63,565 nt of DNA from Methanosarcinales archaeon (GCA_021108405.1 JAIOQW010000228.1:1-63565); one strand, 5' to 3'. Counted from the stretch's first letter, positions 19,547-29,736 are shown. Notes: generated by a model from the sequence alone, not told the origin. Program-made: numbers and translations.

Positions 19547-19894
19547 ATGATGAAGATATACACACACGGAATACTAATTGGGATTGTATGTTTGAGTGCA
19601 CTTTTTTTAGGCTGGATTTGGGTAGAGAATCACAAGATAGAACTTCCAATTGATAATCCCGAAGAAGCCATTGAATATGCAAAAACTGACCCTCCTGTTA
19701 AAGAATGGATTAAAGAATGGTCAGATCATGAAATAATAGCAACTGCTAGCGTGGAAAGCCAGAGGATTTGGTATGTAAAATTTGAAGCGGTATTGCATGA
19801 AGAAAATAGTCCCTTCAGGTTGAATAACCCGAATTATGTTATATTAATGCAACCTGACGGGACTATTATATTTAGACTTGAAGAACCAAAATGA
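19547..19894 (+). CDS. Small N-terminally anchored hypothetical protein
   Basis: One N-terminal TM helix (GILIGIVCLSALFLGWIWV) and then a soluble domain, with no recognisable motif. Confidence 0.4.
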   Translation: MMKIYTHGILIGIVCLSALFLGWIWVENHKIELPIDNPEEAIEYAKTDPPVKEWIKEWSDHEIIATASVESQRIWYVKFEAVLHEENSPFRLNNPNYVILMQPDGTIIFRLEEPK

Positions 19895-19900
19895 AAAAGA

Positions 19901-19950
19901 ACTCATTCTTGATTTCAATAATCCTCTATTGAAATAAATGGTTTTTAGGA
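19901..19950 (+). repeat. Copy of repeat module Y
   Basis: gatttcaataatcctctattgaaataaatggtttttaggatagtgccaat aligns with 13270-13318. Confidence 0.8.
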
Positions 19951-20031
19951 TAGTGCCAATTTATGTTAAAAAATGACCTATATGGATTTTTTTTGGGAAA
20001 TAAACCCATATTTTAAAAAAATTGAGGAGTT

Positions 20032-20514
20032 CTAAAGAGAATCCAATTGATTCAAACACTTAAGACCCCATCTCTCCATATTCCAATATACACAATTGCC
20101 TGGTGATGAACAGCAAATTTCCATATACTTCCCTGAAACTTTCGATAAAATTAATGGGTTATCAGGATATTTCTTCAATGTATTTATTGCACCTTCTTTC
20201 GTCACAAATCTTGCCTTTCCAGCTCCTGTCATTCCTTGTGCCAGTTCATCTAAGAACACTGCTTCTGTAATTTCCGAATTTGTATATATTGCCCTACATA
20301 CACGTTCTCCTACTGCACATTCCATTGATTGATGAATTAACTTTGATGCTCTGTTTACATCCAGTAATCTTGGGTCGAATGTGGAAATTTTATTTTGTAA
20401 TTTTTTTCTAATTAAAGAACCGATCACAGGAATTTTTATAAATTTAAGATAGCGAAGAGCTAATTTCGTAGAGGCAAGGATTTTTCCATTAGTATAATCA
20501 TCTACCTCTGCCAT
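20032..20514 (-). CDS. Hypothetical Cys-containing protein (160 aa)
   Basis: Open frame preceded by the 66-bp repeated leader. No motif recognised. Confidence 0.35.
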   Translation of the reverse strand: MAEVDDYTNGKILASTKLALRYLKFIKIPVIGSLIRKKLQNKISTFDPRLLDVNRASKLIHQSMECAVGERVCRAIYTNSEITEAVFLDELAQGMTGAGKARFVTKEGAINTLKKYPDNPLILSKVSGKYMEICCSSPGNCVYWNMERWGLKCLNQLDSL

Positions 20515-20536
20515 GGTTTTTCTTACTGCATTTTCT

Positions 20537-20602
20537 AATAAACGTCTTTATAATAGCAATACAATCGTATTTCTAACTATATAGTATTTGTTAGTTCAAT
20601 AT
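20537..20602 (-). repeat. 66-bp repeated leader/promoter-like segment, copy 1
   Basis: It is near-identical to 23375-23440; the core atagcaatacaatcgtattt[c/a]taactatatagtatttgttagttcaatat has one mismatch in 50 bp. Read on the minus strand it carries a TATA-like actatatagtta upstream of the 20514 start. It also supplies the last two codons and the stop of the 20596-21948 ORF. Confidence 0.8.
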
Positions 20603-21948
20603 TTATGGAAGTGATATTTATTATCCAGGGTAAGCATAAGCTTTTTTTCTTTTATAAGTTGATCCAGATACTGACTCATATCCACACACCTTTTAGAATT
20701 GTAACAAAATCCTGATATTATAAGGACCTTGGGAGTTTCCTTTGAGAACTGTTGTGTGAACCTCTCCTCAAGTTGCTGTTTTGTAAGTGGAGTTTCTTTT
20801 AATAGTCCTATAATCCATCTCATTATAATCTTATTTTGTGCTTTTTTTTCTTCTCTTCCCATAAAATGAGAAACAATCGTACGTTCACTTCTCGATTTGA
20901 AAAATTCAAAGCTCATTTCCAGTGCACTACAAAGAATTAAAAAGCCAATAATTACCGATGCCATAGCATCTCCATAATAAAGCCAGGTAATGTTGAATAT
21001 TTCTGCAAGGATAGAAAGAACGATCACGAAGCAGATAAGAAGTGACATGAAGCAATGATTACGTGAGTCAATTGACCGGCACATAAGCATGAAATTTGAA
21101 AGCTTCATTCCGGATTCAAATTGATAAATGGAAAGAATAAGCATGATAAAGGCACATAATGCTGAAAAGATAAAAATATTAATACTTTGTTCTACCGGCC
21201 CCGGATTCATAATTTTATTAATACTTGCCATTGCTATCGCATAAAATGAGATAAACATCAGGATTATATAATATAATGCAAATATTTTCTCTTTGTCAAA
21301 TTTTTTCAATCCAATCATTGCAAGAACAGCTATAACAGGGGCAATAAGATATTTACCGAACAAAGCAGATGTACTTCCCAGCCAGATAAAAATATAGGAC
21401 AAAGACCCCACCATACTATTAATTCCATCTGCTATCAGACCCGCACAATCAGAGGCCATACCAAATTGTATTTTTAAAACTGATAATAAAACAAGTAATG
21501 AAATACTAATAATAGAAACCATTTTTTCTGAAAAAAAATTATCCATTACAATATTAACTATTTTTTGCATAAATTTTGCTATTTCCCTACCTCTTAAAGT
21601 CAAAAAGACTTTTCCATTTTTTTCTTCGATCATATCATATTCAATAGCAAAAGTAATATCCTCATCAAGATCTATTTCAGTATACTCCTTATCAATTAAA
21701 TTCCCCAATCTTATTTTAAAGTGATATACAAATTGTAAGATCTCCTTATGGGACATCGGTCTTTCTAATAGCTCAATAGTAATAGCTTTAAAATAACCTG
21801 ATAAATGGCTATTGGCGTTTCGTAAATCACCCCTATCCTGCCAGTATTCAGTCTTAGGATGAAAAAACATGATGATGATAGGAAATAATATTTTATTTAT
21901 TATTTTAAGGCATGTAGGGAGTATTCTTAACATCGACAAAACGTCCAT
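20596..21948 (-). CDS. Polytopic membrane protein, possibly cation-diffusion-facilitator-like, with extra N- and C-terminal soluble domains
   Basis: GLIADGINSMVGSLSYIFIW and YGDAMASVIIGFLILCSALEM resemble CDF TM2/TM5 metal-site helices from memory. This is a weak call. Confidence 0.35.
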   Translation of the reverse strand: MDVLSMLRILPTCLKIINKILFPIIIMFFHPKTEYWQDRGDLRNANSHLSGYFKAITIELLERPMSHKEILQFVYHFKIRLGNLIDKEYTEIDLDEDITFAIEYDMIEEKNGKVFLTLRGREIAKFMQKIVNIVMDNFFSEKMVSIISISLLVLLSVLKIQFGMASDCAGLIADGINSMVGSLSYIFIWLGSTSALFGKYLIAPVIAVLAMIGLKKFDKEKIFALYYIILMFISFYAIAMASINKIMNPGPVEQSINIFIFSALCAFIMLILSIYQFESGMKLSNFMLMCRSIDSRNHCFMSLLICFVIVLSILAEIFNITWLYYGDAMASVIIGFLILCSALEMSFEFFKSRSERTIVSHFMGREEKKAQNKIIMRWIIGLLKETPLTKQQLEERFTQQFSKETPKVLIISGFCYNSKRCVDMSQYLDQLIKEKKLMLTLDNKYHFHKY

Positions 21949-22164
21949 TCATTATATGTATATTGAAACATAAAAAGACTACTTAGATGTCAGGATAAAA
22001 TGGTATAACAGGATTGTTGATATATCAGATCAATAAATACAATACATCAGCGAAACCTTTATATCAATACAATAATGAATTATATCTGTTGAAAGTATCC
22101 GAGTGTTAATAAGGATTTTGTTCCTAATGCCCCAATTTAATAAAAATTTAAAGGAGATACAATA

Positions 22165-22425
22165 ATGATTGAATTAATAGTCCTTTTATTAGCGATTGTA
22201 ATTGTTATAATTCTATATAAGATTTTTAAAGCCACTACTAAACTGGTTATAAATTCCATTCTTGGAATAATAATGCTGTTTCTTACGAACTATGTTATCG
22301 GATTATGTAATCTTGGATTTTCAATAGACATTAATATAATAACAGTTTTATTATGTGCTATTGCAGGAATACCAGGTTTGATCCTAGTTATTATACTTGC
22401 ATACCTTAATGTGCCTTTTGTGTGA
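22165..22425 (+). CDS. Small three-TM membrane protein (BofA-like?)
   Basis: 86 aa; NSILGIIMLFLTNYVIG...LLCAIAGIPGLILVIIL loosely resembles the BofA family. Confidence 0.35.
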   Translation: MIELIVLLLAIVIVIILYKIFKATTKLVINSILGIIMLFLTNYVIGLCNLGFSIDINIITVLLCAIAGIPGLILVIILAYLNVPFV

Positions 22426-22463
22426 TTTCCTGCAAAAGAATTAAGAGTGTAAAGTTCGATTAA

Positions 22464-22497
22464 TTGTATCCACTTCAAAAAGCATGGTATTTTGACA
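22464..22497 (+). repeat. Repeat module R3, copy 1
   Basis: ttgtatccacttcaaaaagcatggtattttgaca matches 41922-41956. Confidence 0.75.
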
Positions 22498-22532
22498 GGT
22501 TCTACAGGATGTTGATGTTTCGATGTATCCTG

Positions 22533-22964
22533 TCATATATTTTTATTTTCGAGAAATAATTCAATAGCTTTTTTAAACATGTAAAAATCATCAAGATAAT
22601 TGGATAAATTATGATAGACTATTTCATCATCTACGTGAGCATAACGGTGAATCAATACATTTCTAAATCCTTTCATATCTTTTAGCTTTTCACTAATTTC
22701 TTTGCTTAATATGTTTCTATCTACTAAAATATCAAAAATACCTTCTTCACTAGAGGGTAAACCAAATTTCTCAGAAGAAATTATCATTGCTGACACATCT
22801 ATCAATGATTCAATTGCGATTTCAATAGTCTTTTCACAAGCTCGTCTCTTAATCAAGTCTTTAGAATATTCTTCATTCCCTGGTAATATTTCATTTAATT
22901 CTTCTACATACTTTATCATTTCATCCAATTTTATAAAGATACGTCTTCTATCTGATTTATCCAT
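22533..22964 (-). CDS. hepT: HEPN-domain toxin of the DUF86/HepT type
   Basis: Rx4H motif in GFRNVLIHRYAHVDDEIVY. It is 143 aa and lies immediately downstream of an MNT-type nucleotidyltransferase. Confidence 0.8.
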   Translation of the reverse strand: MDKSDRRRIFIKLDEMIKYVEELNEILPGNEEYSKDLIKRRACEKTIEIAIESLIDVSAMIISSEKFGLPSSEEGIFDILVDRNILSKEISEKLKDMKGFRNVLIHRYAHVDDEIVYHNLSNYLDDFYMFKKAIELFLENKNI

Positions 22965-22966
22965 TA

Positions 22967-23374
22967 TTATACTCCCAACTTTGAATAATATAACTCAAGA
23001 TAAGGTTTGAAATCCTCAAATTTCTTGATTATTTGCATGAAGACATCAAATATTTCATTATAATTCTTAAAATAAATTACTTTACCAGTAGATATAATAT
23101 CTTTTTGAATATATATTGGTAAATCTTGGAAAATCTGGATATCATATATATTATCAACTCTACCAAGTACTGATACCCTATATTCAAATCGCTTCTGCAT
23201 ATCTGCATTGTAGAACACAGCAAGATCAATGTCAGATTTATCAGTTAATTTTCCTTTAACTGCAGAACCATATATAATGATAAATCTTACCTTATCTCCA
23301 CCGATAGTTTTTATTTTCTCAATAACACTTGAAATATTTTGTGGCAAAATATTCAATGAAGATAGTTCTTCCAT
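22967..23374 (-). CDS. mntA: Minimal nucleotidyltransferase antitoxin (MntA-type)
   Basis: IIIYGSAVKGKLTDKSDIDLAVF matches the GS-x(n)-DxD polymerase-beta-like NTase motif. Confidence 0.8.
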   Translation of the reverse strand: MEELSSLNILPQNISSVIEKIKTIGGDKVRFIIIYGSAVKGKLTDKSDIDLAVFYNADMQKRFEYRVSVLGRVDNIYDIQIFQDLPIYIQKDIISTGKVIYFKNYNEIFDVFMQIIKKFEDFKPYLELYYSKLGV

Positions 23375-23440
23375 AATAAACCTCTTTGTGATAGCAATAC
23401 AATCGTATTTATAACTATATAGTATTTGTTAGTTCAATAT
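23375..23440 (-). repeat. 66-bp repeated leader/promoter-like segment, copy 2
   Basis: It starts directly upstream of the mntA ATG (23374) and ends exactly where the IS630 remnant begins. Confidence 0.8.
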
Positions 23441-23442
23441 GG

Positions 23443-23685
23443 GACAGATTCGAGTTTGTGTACACCCCGAAGCATGGGAACTGGTTGAATATGGCAGAGA
23501 TTGAGCTGAATGTGCTCACAGGGCAGTGCTTAAACAGAAGAATCGATGACATTGAGTTTGTCAGGAAAGAGGTATTAGCATGGCAGAAATTCAGAGACAA
23601 TAAAAATGCGAAAATTAATTGGCAATTCACAACCAAGGATGCCCGGATAAAGTTATCTCGACTCTATCCGACAATTGAGAGTTGA
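23443..23685 (+). pseudogene. IS630-family transposase, C-terminal remnant only
   Basis: DRFEFVYTPKHGNWLNMAEIELNVLTGQCLNRRI...INWQFTTKDARIKLSRLYP matches the conserved IS630/Tc1-like C-terminus (TPkhgSWLN.aE...QCL.RR...W.Ft...AR.KL..LYP). The N-terminal ~250 aa are absent. Confidence 0.8.
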
Positions 23686-23692
23686 CTCGACA

Positions 23693-24385
23693 CTAAGTAC
23701 CTGCACTAAGATATAATTCCTCATATGGCTGTACTACTACAAAACCTTCACCTTTAAATGCCATCTGCAGTGTTTCACCGCTTCCGCGTCCGACAATTGT
23801 TTTAAATGAAATATCAGTTTTAAGATCAGGCTGTAAATTTCCAGACCATGCTACAGTAGCATTGGGGTCTGTAAATACCGGATGATCAGGTGTCACTTTA
23901 AGCGTTAACGGATCATAGTGAGTAGTAATTGCAATCATACCTTTTCCCTCTAATTTTACATTGAAGAGACCACCAGACATCATTCCTGCAATTTTTTTAA
24001 GCATTTTAATATCCCATTGTATAGAATCTTCGAATGCAAGCAGATCATTTCCATTAACAAAAATAGACTGGTTTTCAAGATTGAGTATGGAGATCTTCTT
24101 TCCTCCATCCGCTAAATATAATTGTCCGGATCCTTCTGCTTTTGTCAGGCTTACTCCTTCACCGGTAAAAGTTCTTTTGACAAGTTTTCCCAGTCCGTGT
24201 TCCATCACACCTTCACGAGTAAATTTGATATCACCAAGGTAGGCTACCATTGATCCTTTCTTTGTCCACAGCTTGCCATTTAAGTTAATTTCAAGTAAAC
24301 GATCACGTTCCAGTTCAAACGTACCTTCTCCCAGATCACACTGTCCAGTTAATTCAACAAATTCATCAATTGAATATTTAGTCAT
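23693..24385 (-). CDS. AIM24-family (DUF124) protein
   Basis: 230 aa; GSMVAY..., [28 protein letters not shown] and [20 protein letters not shown] fit the AIM24 family pattern. Confidence 0.6.
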   Translation of the reverse strand: MTKYSIDEFVELTGQCDLGEGTFELERDRLLEINLNGKLWTKKGSMVAYLGDIKFTREGVMEHGLGKLVKRTFTGEGVSLTKAEGSGQLYLADGGKKISILNLENQSIFVNGNDLLAFEDSIQWDIKMLKKIAGMMSGGLFNVKLEGKGMIAITTHYDPLTLKVTPDHPVFTDPNATVAWSGNLQPDLKTDISFKTIVGRGSGETLQMAFKGEGFVVVQPYEELYLSAGT

Positions 24386-24453
24386 TAAATTATCTCCTGA
24401 TGAATATTAGTTTGTACTAATTAGTATTTAAATTTTTTTAATACTTTTATGGA

Positions 24454-24493
24454 CACTATACTATTTTCCAGTTATTTTTCAGACACGGATTTA
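24454..24493 (+). repeat. Copy of repeat module X
   Basis: cactatactattttccagttatttttcagacacggattta lies between the AIM24 start and the ATPase stop. Confidence 0.8.
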
Positions 24494-24504
24494 TACATGC
24501 ATTA

Positions 24505-27222
24505 TCACTTAGCAATAAACCGCTTAGTCACCCACTTCTCGATCTCGATCACAACAAACCCACCAATTGCAAACAATATCATCAACCACCACCATTCAAG
24601 CGGTATTGGTGCTGTTTTAAGTAGATTAAACCCGGTGTGGGGTAAAACATACACAATAATAAGTTGAGTCGCCATAGTAACACCTATACCTAACAATACC
24701 CACTTATTTGAGATAGGACTGAACGTGAATGCAGATTCAGTAATTGATCTCGCAGTAATAAGATAACAAATATGTACCATGATCACTGTGGTAAATGCAG
24801 CAGTCTGTGCCTGCCTGAGCAGATCATAATACACTACGGATCCACTAAGCGCGGGTGAACCGTAATAATAATATATTGCAAATCCGGATACTGCCACTAA
24901 TAAAGAAACCAGTCCGACCTTTTTAAAGAAAAGAGGATCAGTGATCCGTTCATCCGAATCTCTCGGAGCTTTATTAAGCAGGTCCTTTTCCATGGGTTCT
25001 TTGATTATCGGCAGTGCGAGTGCTACTGCAGCAATCAGGTTGATCCATAATATCTGTACAGGTTCAAGAGGAAGTTGCTCACGGAAGAGCTCAAAAAAAG
25101 GTGCCAGCATTATAGCCCCCAGGATAAGCAGTGCCTGTCCACCATTTGTCGGAAGTAAGAACAGGATCACTTTTTTTATATTATCATAAACATATCTTCC
25201 CTCTTCAACTGCAGATACAATGGTTGAGAAATTATCATCGGTAAGGATCATATCAGATGCCTCCTTACTCACTTCAGTTCCTGAGATCCCCATAGCAATT
25301 CCGATATCTGCTGCTTTTAATGCAGGTGCATCATTAACCCCATCACCGGTAACAGCAACAACATGTCCGTGTTTCTGCAGTCCCTGGGTTATTCTGAACT
25401 TATGCTCAGGCGAAACCCGTGCATATACTGATACATCCTCCACAACATTATATAGCTCATCATCACCCATTTTGGATATTTCACGTCCGGTCAGTGCTTT
25501 TGATGAATTGATCCCCAGTTGGCTGGCTATAGCTTTTGCTGTTTTTATATAGTCTCCCGTTATCATTACAACCCGTATGCCTGCATTCTGGCATTTTTTT
25601 ATTGCTTCAATTACTTCATCCCTGGGTGGGTCGATCATTCCCTGGATTCCGAGAAAGGTCATATCGCTCAGGTCATCCGGATCAAGGGTCTTTTTATCAG
25701 ATGGTACTACCTTATATGCCATTGCAAGCAATCTGAGTGCTTTTTTGGCCATTTCATTGACATTTTCACGGATCTCGTCTTTGTGCAGAGGTTCTGTACT
25801 ACCGTTGATCATCTGGTTCTGGCACATCTTATAAATCCGCTCAGGTGACCCCTTAGCATATATGACATTCTCTTGGTTCTCCTCATGCAGAGTAGCCATA
25901 AACTGTTGTTCTGATTCGAAAGGTATCTCATCTAATTGCGCTAAGGATTCTAACATACCTGCTTTTTTAGCAGAGATCAATAGTGCAGCTTCAGTAGGAT
26001 CTCCAATTACCGTATTACTATCTTCATTAGTAAAACTGGCATTATTACACACATAACCAGCTTTTAATGTACCACTCAATTCTTCGCTCATCAGGGATGG
26101 GGGATGCTCGCCTTCAATCTCATATCCTACTTCGCTAACTCTGTAATTTTTACCACCGCTATATATCCTTGATACTGTCATCTGGTTCTTGGTAAGCGTT
26201 CCTGTTTTATCTGAGCCTATGACAGTAGTACAACCAAGAGTTTCTGCAGCAGGTAATCGTTTTACGATCGCATTTCTGCGTGCCATTGCAGTCACACCTA
26301 TGGCCAGAGCCATAGTTACCACAGCAGGGAGACCTTCGGGTATTGCAGCTACTGCCAGGGAGACTGACCCACTAAAGGCAACAGATAGATCATATCCGAA
26401 CCATAATGCCAGAATAAAATTAAGGGCTGTGATAAAGAGTATTACAATAACAAGGATCCTGGTAAAGTCGTTCAACTTCACTGTTAGCGGTGTGATGATC
26501 TTCTCGGTCTTAGTTATCAGTTCTGCTATCTGGCCGATCTGTGTTTGTTCACCAGTTGCAACTACTATTCCGGACCCTATACCCCTGGCGATAAAAGTAC
26601 CGCTAAATACCATACATTTCCGATCAGCAATAATCTGGTCTCCTTTAATCGGATCCGTATGCTTTTCAACAGGTACGGATTCACCTGTAATAGCTGATTC
26701 ATCTGCACTGAGGTTTTTTGAACAACAAAGCCGGATATCTGCAGGAACCCTGTCTCCACCTTCAAGCAGTACTATATCACCAGGAACCAGGTCTCTTGCC
26801 TGTATAACTATGGTTTTTTCTTCTCGCATTACCCTGCATTCAGGTGTTATCATATTCTCAAGTGCTTCAACCGAGTCCTCAGCTTTACCTTCTTGAATGA
26901 ATCCTATAAACGTGTTTGCGAGTACAACGGCAAGAATGACCACTGTGTCCATCCACATATTAGCATCTTTCCACATACTTAATGAACCGGTTATTACAGC
27001 GCAAATAAGTAGAATGATGATCAGCGGACTATTGAACTGTGTGAGAAAACGCATAAATGCACTGCGTTTTTTATAGGTCAGTTCATTGTATCCATATTGT
27101 TCTTGCCTGGACGTTGCCTCTTCTAATGTGAGTCCTGATCGATCTGAGTGCAGGGTCTCAAAGACCTGTTCAACTGGCAGTTGATACCAGGATATTTCAT
27201 TTGATGGTGGAGGTTCAGTCAT
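24505..27222 (-). CDS. Cation-transporting P-type ATPase (type II, Ca2+/Na+-like)
   Basis: TGES, AAIPEGLP, DKTGTLT, MITGD and TGDGVNDAPALK. I chose the start at the internal Met (MTEPPPSNEISWYQLP) because the longer track ORF would overlap rlmE. Confidence 0.9.
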   Translation of the reverse strand: MTEPPPSNEISWYQLPVEQVFETLHSDRSGLTLEEATSRQEQYGYNELTYKKRSAFMRFLTQFNSPLIIILLICAVITGSLSMWKDANMWMDTVVILAVVLANTFIGFIQEGKAEDSVEALENMITPECRVMREEKTIVIQARDLVPGDIVLLEGGDRVPADIRLCCSKNLSADESAITGESVPVEKHTDPIKGDQIIADRKCMVFSGTFIARGIGSGIVVATGEQTQIGQIAELITKTEKIITPLTVKLNDFTRILVIVILFITALNFILALWFGYDLSVAFSGSVSLAVAAIPEGLPAVVTMALAIGVTAMARRNAIVKRLPAAETLGCTTVIGSDKTGTLTKNQMTVSRIYSGGKNYRVSEVGYEIEGEHPPSLMSEELSGTLKAGYVCNNASFTNEDSNTVIGDPTEAALLISAKKAGMLESLAQLDEIPFESEQQFMATLHEENQENVIYAKGSPERIYKMCQNQMINGSTEPLHKDEIRENVNEMAKKALRLLAMAYKVVPSDKKTLDPDDLSDMTFLGIQGMIDPPRDEVIEAIKKCQNAGIRVVMITGDYIKTAKAIASQLGINSSKALTGREISKMGDDELYNVVEDVSVYARVSPEHKFRITQGLQKHGHVVAVTGDGVNDAPALKAADIGIAMGISGTEVSKEASDMILTDDNFSTIVSAVEEGRYVYDNIKKVILFLLPTNGGQALLILGAIMLAPFFELFREQLPLEPVQILWINLIAAVALALPIIKEPMEKDLLNKAPRDSDERITDPLFFKKVGLVSLLVAVSGFAIYYYYGSPALSGSVVYYDLLRQAQTAAFTTVIMVHICYLITARSITESAFTFSPISNKWVLLGIGVTMATQLIIVYVLPHTGFNLLKTAPIPLEWWWLMILFAIGGFVVIEIEKWVTKRFIAK

Positions 27223-27232
27223 ACTTTTCTCA

Positions 27233-28006
27233 CTATTTAACAGGTTCAATAATATCAGCAAAAGCAAAATTCGGATGGACTTCCCTGATACATACACGCA
27301 CATGTTGAGAGATCCGTCCATGTTTCACAAAAATAACCAGATCATCTATTTTGGCTATTCCATCACCTTTTTCACCTATGTCCAGTATTTCTATATCATA
27401 TTCCTGCCCTTTTTCTATTGAAGTAGTAATAAATTTCTTAGCTATAACATAGATTTCAGCACTCTGTTTTCGTGAAGCTTTCGGAGTAAATGACTTAACA
27501 TATACAAAATTGCGCTTTATTTCATCCAGCAGTTCCTTGAACAGATCACCCTGGAATACCTTAACTACGAAATTACCTCCGGGTATCAGCAGTTTCTTTG
27601 CCACATCAAGTGCCGAGTAGCTCAGGTCGATAGACCGTGCATGATCCAGGTTCCAGTTGCCTGAAAGATTGGGAGCAGCATCACATATCACAGTATCCGC
27701 ACCATGTTCCCCGATAATTTCTTCTATCTTTTCCAATGTTGCTTCTTTGGTGATATCCCCTTTTATAGTGTCTACTCCTTCTATCGGTTTGATCTTCTGA
27801 AGATCAACTCCTACTACTCTGCCACCGGATAGTTCCTTAGCAGCCTGGAGCCATCCGCCTGGTGCTGCACCGAGGTCAACAACCGTACTGTCTGGTATTA
27901 TAACGTTATGTTTAATGTTTATCTGCTGTAGTTTATAAGCTGCTCTGGACCGGTAGCCCTCGTCCTTTGCCTTATAATAAAAAAAATCCTTTTGATTTCT
28001 TGCCAT
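27233..28006 (-). CDS. rlmE: 23S rRNA 2'-O-ribose methyltransferase RlmE (FtsJ) fused to a C-terminal TRAM domain
   Basis: MARNQKDFFYYKAKDEGYRSRAAYKL, DLGAAPGGW and ICDAAPNLSGNW are FtsJ motifs. The C-terminal GQEYDIEILDIGEKGDGIAKIDDLVIFV is TRAM-like. The start was moved to the internal Met at 28006. Confidence 0.85.
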   Translation of the reverse strand: MARNQKDFFYYKAKDEGYRSRAAYKLQQINIKHNVIIPDSTVVDLGAAPGGWLQAAKELSGGRVVGVDLQKIKPIEGVDTIKGDITKEATLEKIEEIIGEHGADTVICDAAPNLSGNWNLDHARSIDLSYSALDVAKKLLIPGGNFVVKVFQGDLFKELLDEIKRNFVYVKSFTPKASRKQSAEIYVIAKKFITTSIEKGQEYDIEILDIGEKGDGIAKIDDLVIFVKHGRISQHVRVCIREVHPNFAFADIIEPVK

Positions 28007-28060
28007 CCAAGGGTTTATTGGTAAGAAAGTCCTTAAAGATGTCCCATAGGTGAAATAGAA

Positions 28061-28555
28061 TTGTTTATTGAATTGGATGGATGGATGGCAAAACTTCGAT
28101 TTTCCGCATGTCATTTTATACCTGATCATCCTAAATGCGGGAGATTGCATGGTCATACCTATGCAATTAATGTGCGTATTGAAGGTAAGCAGGTTGAAGA
28201 ATTTATTATGGATTTTGAAATTCTAAAAAATATAGTAACTGATATTTGCGACCGTCTGGACCATAGGGTACTGATGGCTCGAAACGATCCCAGACTTAAG
28301 ATAAAAGAAGATGCGAATTATTTTAATATAGAGATTATCAAAAGCTGTAAGCATTATGTACTACCAGCTGATGATATCATATTATTACCTATTTCTTCAG
28401 TAAGTGCCGAAGAACTGTGCAAATATTTCCTTGATGAGATATTAACAAGTATTAAGAAGAATAACCATGCAGATAATATCACTGCTATACATGTAAGACT
28501 GGATGAAGGTATCGGACAGGGTGCAGGGTGTAGTATACAGGTTAGATCAAAATGA
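28061..28555 (+). CDS. queD: 6-pyruvoyl-tetrahydropterin / 6-carboxytetrahydropterin synthase family protein
   Basis: FSACHFIP...CGRLHGHTY zinc-binding motif in 164 aa. The start is uncertain (TTG at 28061 or ATG at 28085). Confidence 0.75.
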   Translation: MFIELDGWMAKLRFSACHFIPDHPKCGRLHGHTYAINVRIEGKQVEEFIMDFEILKNIVTDICDRLDHRVLMARNDPRLKIKEDANYFNIEIIKSCKHYVLPADDIILLPISSVSAEELCKYFLDEILTSIKKNNHADNITAIHVRLDEGIGQGAGCSIQVRSK

Positions 28556-29736
28556 AATACATTGTACTCTTATGTGACGGCATGGCAGATTACCCTCTTG
28601 ATGAACTGGGTGGTCTAACTCCGCTGCAAGCGTCGGATATACCGAATATGGACCATATTGCAAGAGAAGGCAAATGCGGCCAGGCACAGACCATTCCTTT
28701 GGATCTGCCTCCTGGTTCTGATGTAGCCAATCTTTCTATATTGGGGTATGATCCTGCTAAATACTACACAGGAAGAGGACCGTTAGAAGCTGCCAGTATG
28801 GGTGTTGAGCTGGGTCCTGATGATATCGCTTTTCGGTGTAATCTTATTACCGAGTACAATGGTATTATAGCTGATTACAGTGCAGGGCATATTACCACAC
28901 AACAAGCAGGTGAACTTATTACGATGATAGATGAGCAATTGGGTACCAGTAATATTAAATTTCATCCTGGTATCAGTTACCGCCACCTGCTTGTTTTATC
29001 CGGTCTTCAATGTCTTGATGCACAGTGCACACCACCGCATGATGAGGTTGGCAGTAAAGTCGATGATTTTTTACCTACCGGACAGGGTTCTGATATTTTG
29101 GTCAGGCTTATCAGGGATTCAAGACCACTGCTGGAAGCTCATGAGATCAATAAGAAAAGGTCTGGTGAGGGGAAGAATATGGCGAATATGGTCTGGCCGT
29201 GGGCACAGGGTCACGTGCCTTCAATGCCAAAATTCAGGGAACTATATGGTATTGGCGGGGCAATGATATCTGCAGTAGATTTGTTAAAAGGAATCGGTAT
29301 CTATGCAGGATTGAAAGTTATCAATGTACCGGGTGCGACTGGTTATCTGGATACGAACTATAAGGGTAAAGCAGATTACGCTTTAAAAGCTCTTGAATCT
29401 GATGATTTTGTATATATTCATGTGGAAGCTGCTGATGAGGCAGGTCATATAGGTGATATAGAAGCTAAAATGAAAGCTATAGAGGATTTTGATAAGTATG
29501 TTGCGGGACGTGTTTTGAGGGGATTGAGGGTGTTTGATGATTATAAGGTTTTATTGATGCCGGATCATAGGACGCCGATAGCTTTGAGGACGCATACTTA
29601 TGACCCGGTACCTATTGCAGTGTTATCAAGTGAAGGGGAAGGGGATGATGTTAAAGAGTATGATGAGTTTTCTGTGGAATCAGGTTCACTGGGTATTATT
29701 GAAGGTTATAAGATAATGGAATATTTAGTTAAGTAA
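28552..29736 (+). CDS. apgM: Cofactor-independent phosphoglycerate mutase, archaeal type
   Basis: MKYIVLLCDGMADYP..., HVEAADEAGH and LLMPDHRTP metalloenzyme motifs, in a 394-aa protein. Confidence 0.85.
   Translation: MKYIVLLCDGMADYPLDELGGLTPLQASDIPNMDHIAREGKCGQAQTIPLDLPPGSDVANLSILGYDPAKYYTGRGPLEAASMGVELGPDDIAFRCNLITEYNGIIADYSAGHITTQQAGELITMIDEQLGTSNIKFHPGISYRHLLVLSGLQCLDAQCTPPHDEVGSKVDDFLPTGQGSDILVRLIRDSRPLLEAHEINKKRSGEGKNMANMVWPWAQGHVPSMPKFRELYGIGGAMISAVDLLKGIGIYAGLKVINVPGATGYLDTNYKGKADYALKALESDDFVYIHVEAADEAGHIGDIEAKMKAIEDFDKYVAGRVLRGLRVFDDYKVLLMPDHRTPIALRTHTYDPVPIAVLSSEGEGDDVKEYDEFSVESGSLGIIEGYKIMEYLVK

Noticed and set aside
26189-26896. 235-aa plus-strand ORF and neighbouring plus-strand ORFs within 24941-26896
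   Set aside because: They are antisense to the P-type ATPase, whose motifs are unambiguous.
27223-28156. Long N-terminal extensions of the track ORFs for the P-type ATPase (to 27321) and rlmE (to 28156)
   Set aside because: The extensions overlap neighbouring genes and lack family-typical sequence. Internal Met codons (27222 and 28006) give canonical N-termini.
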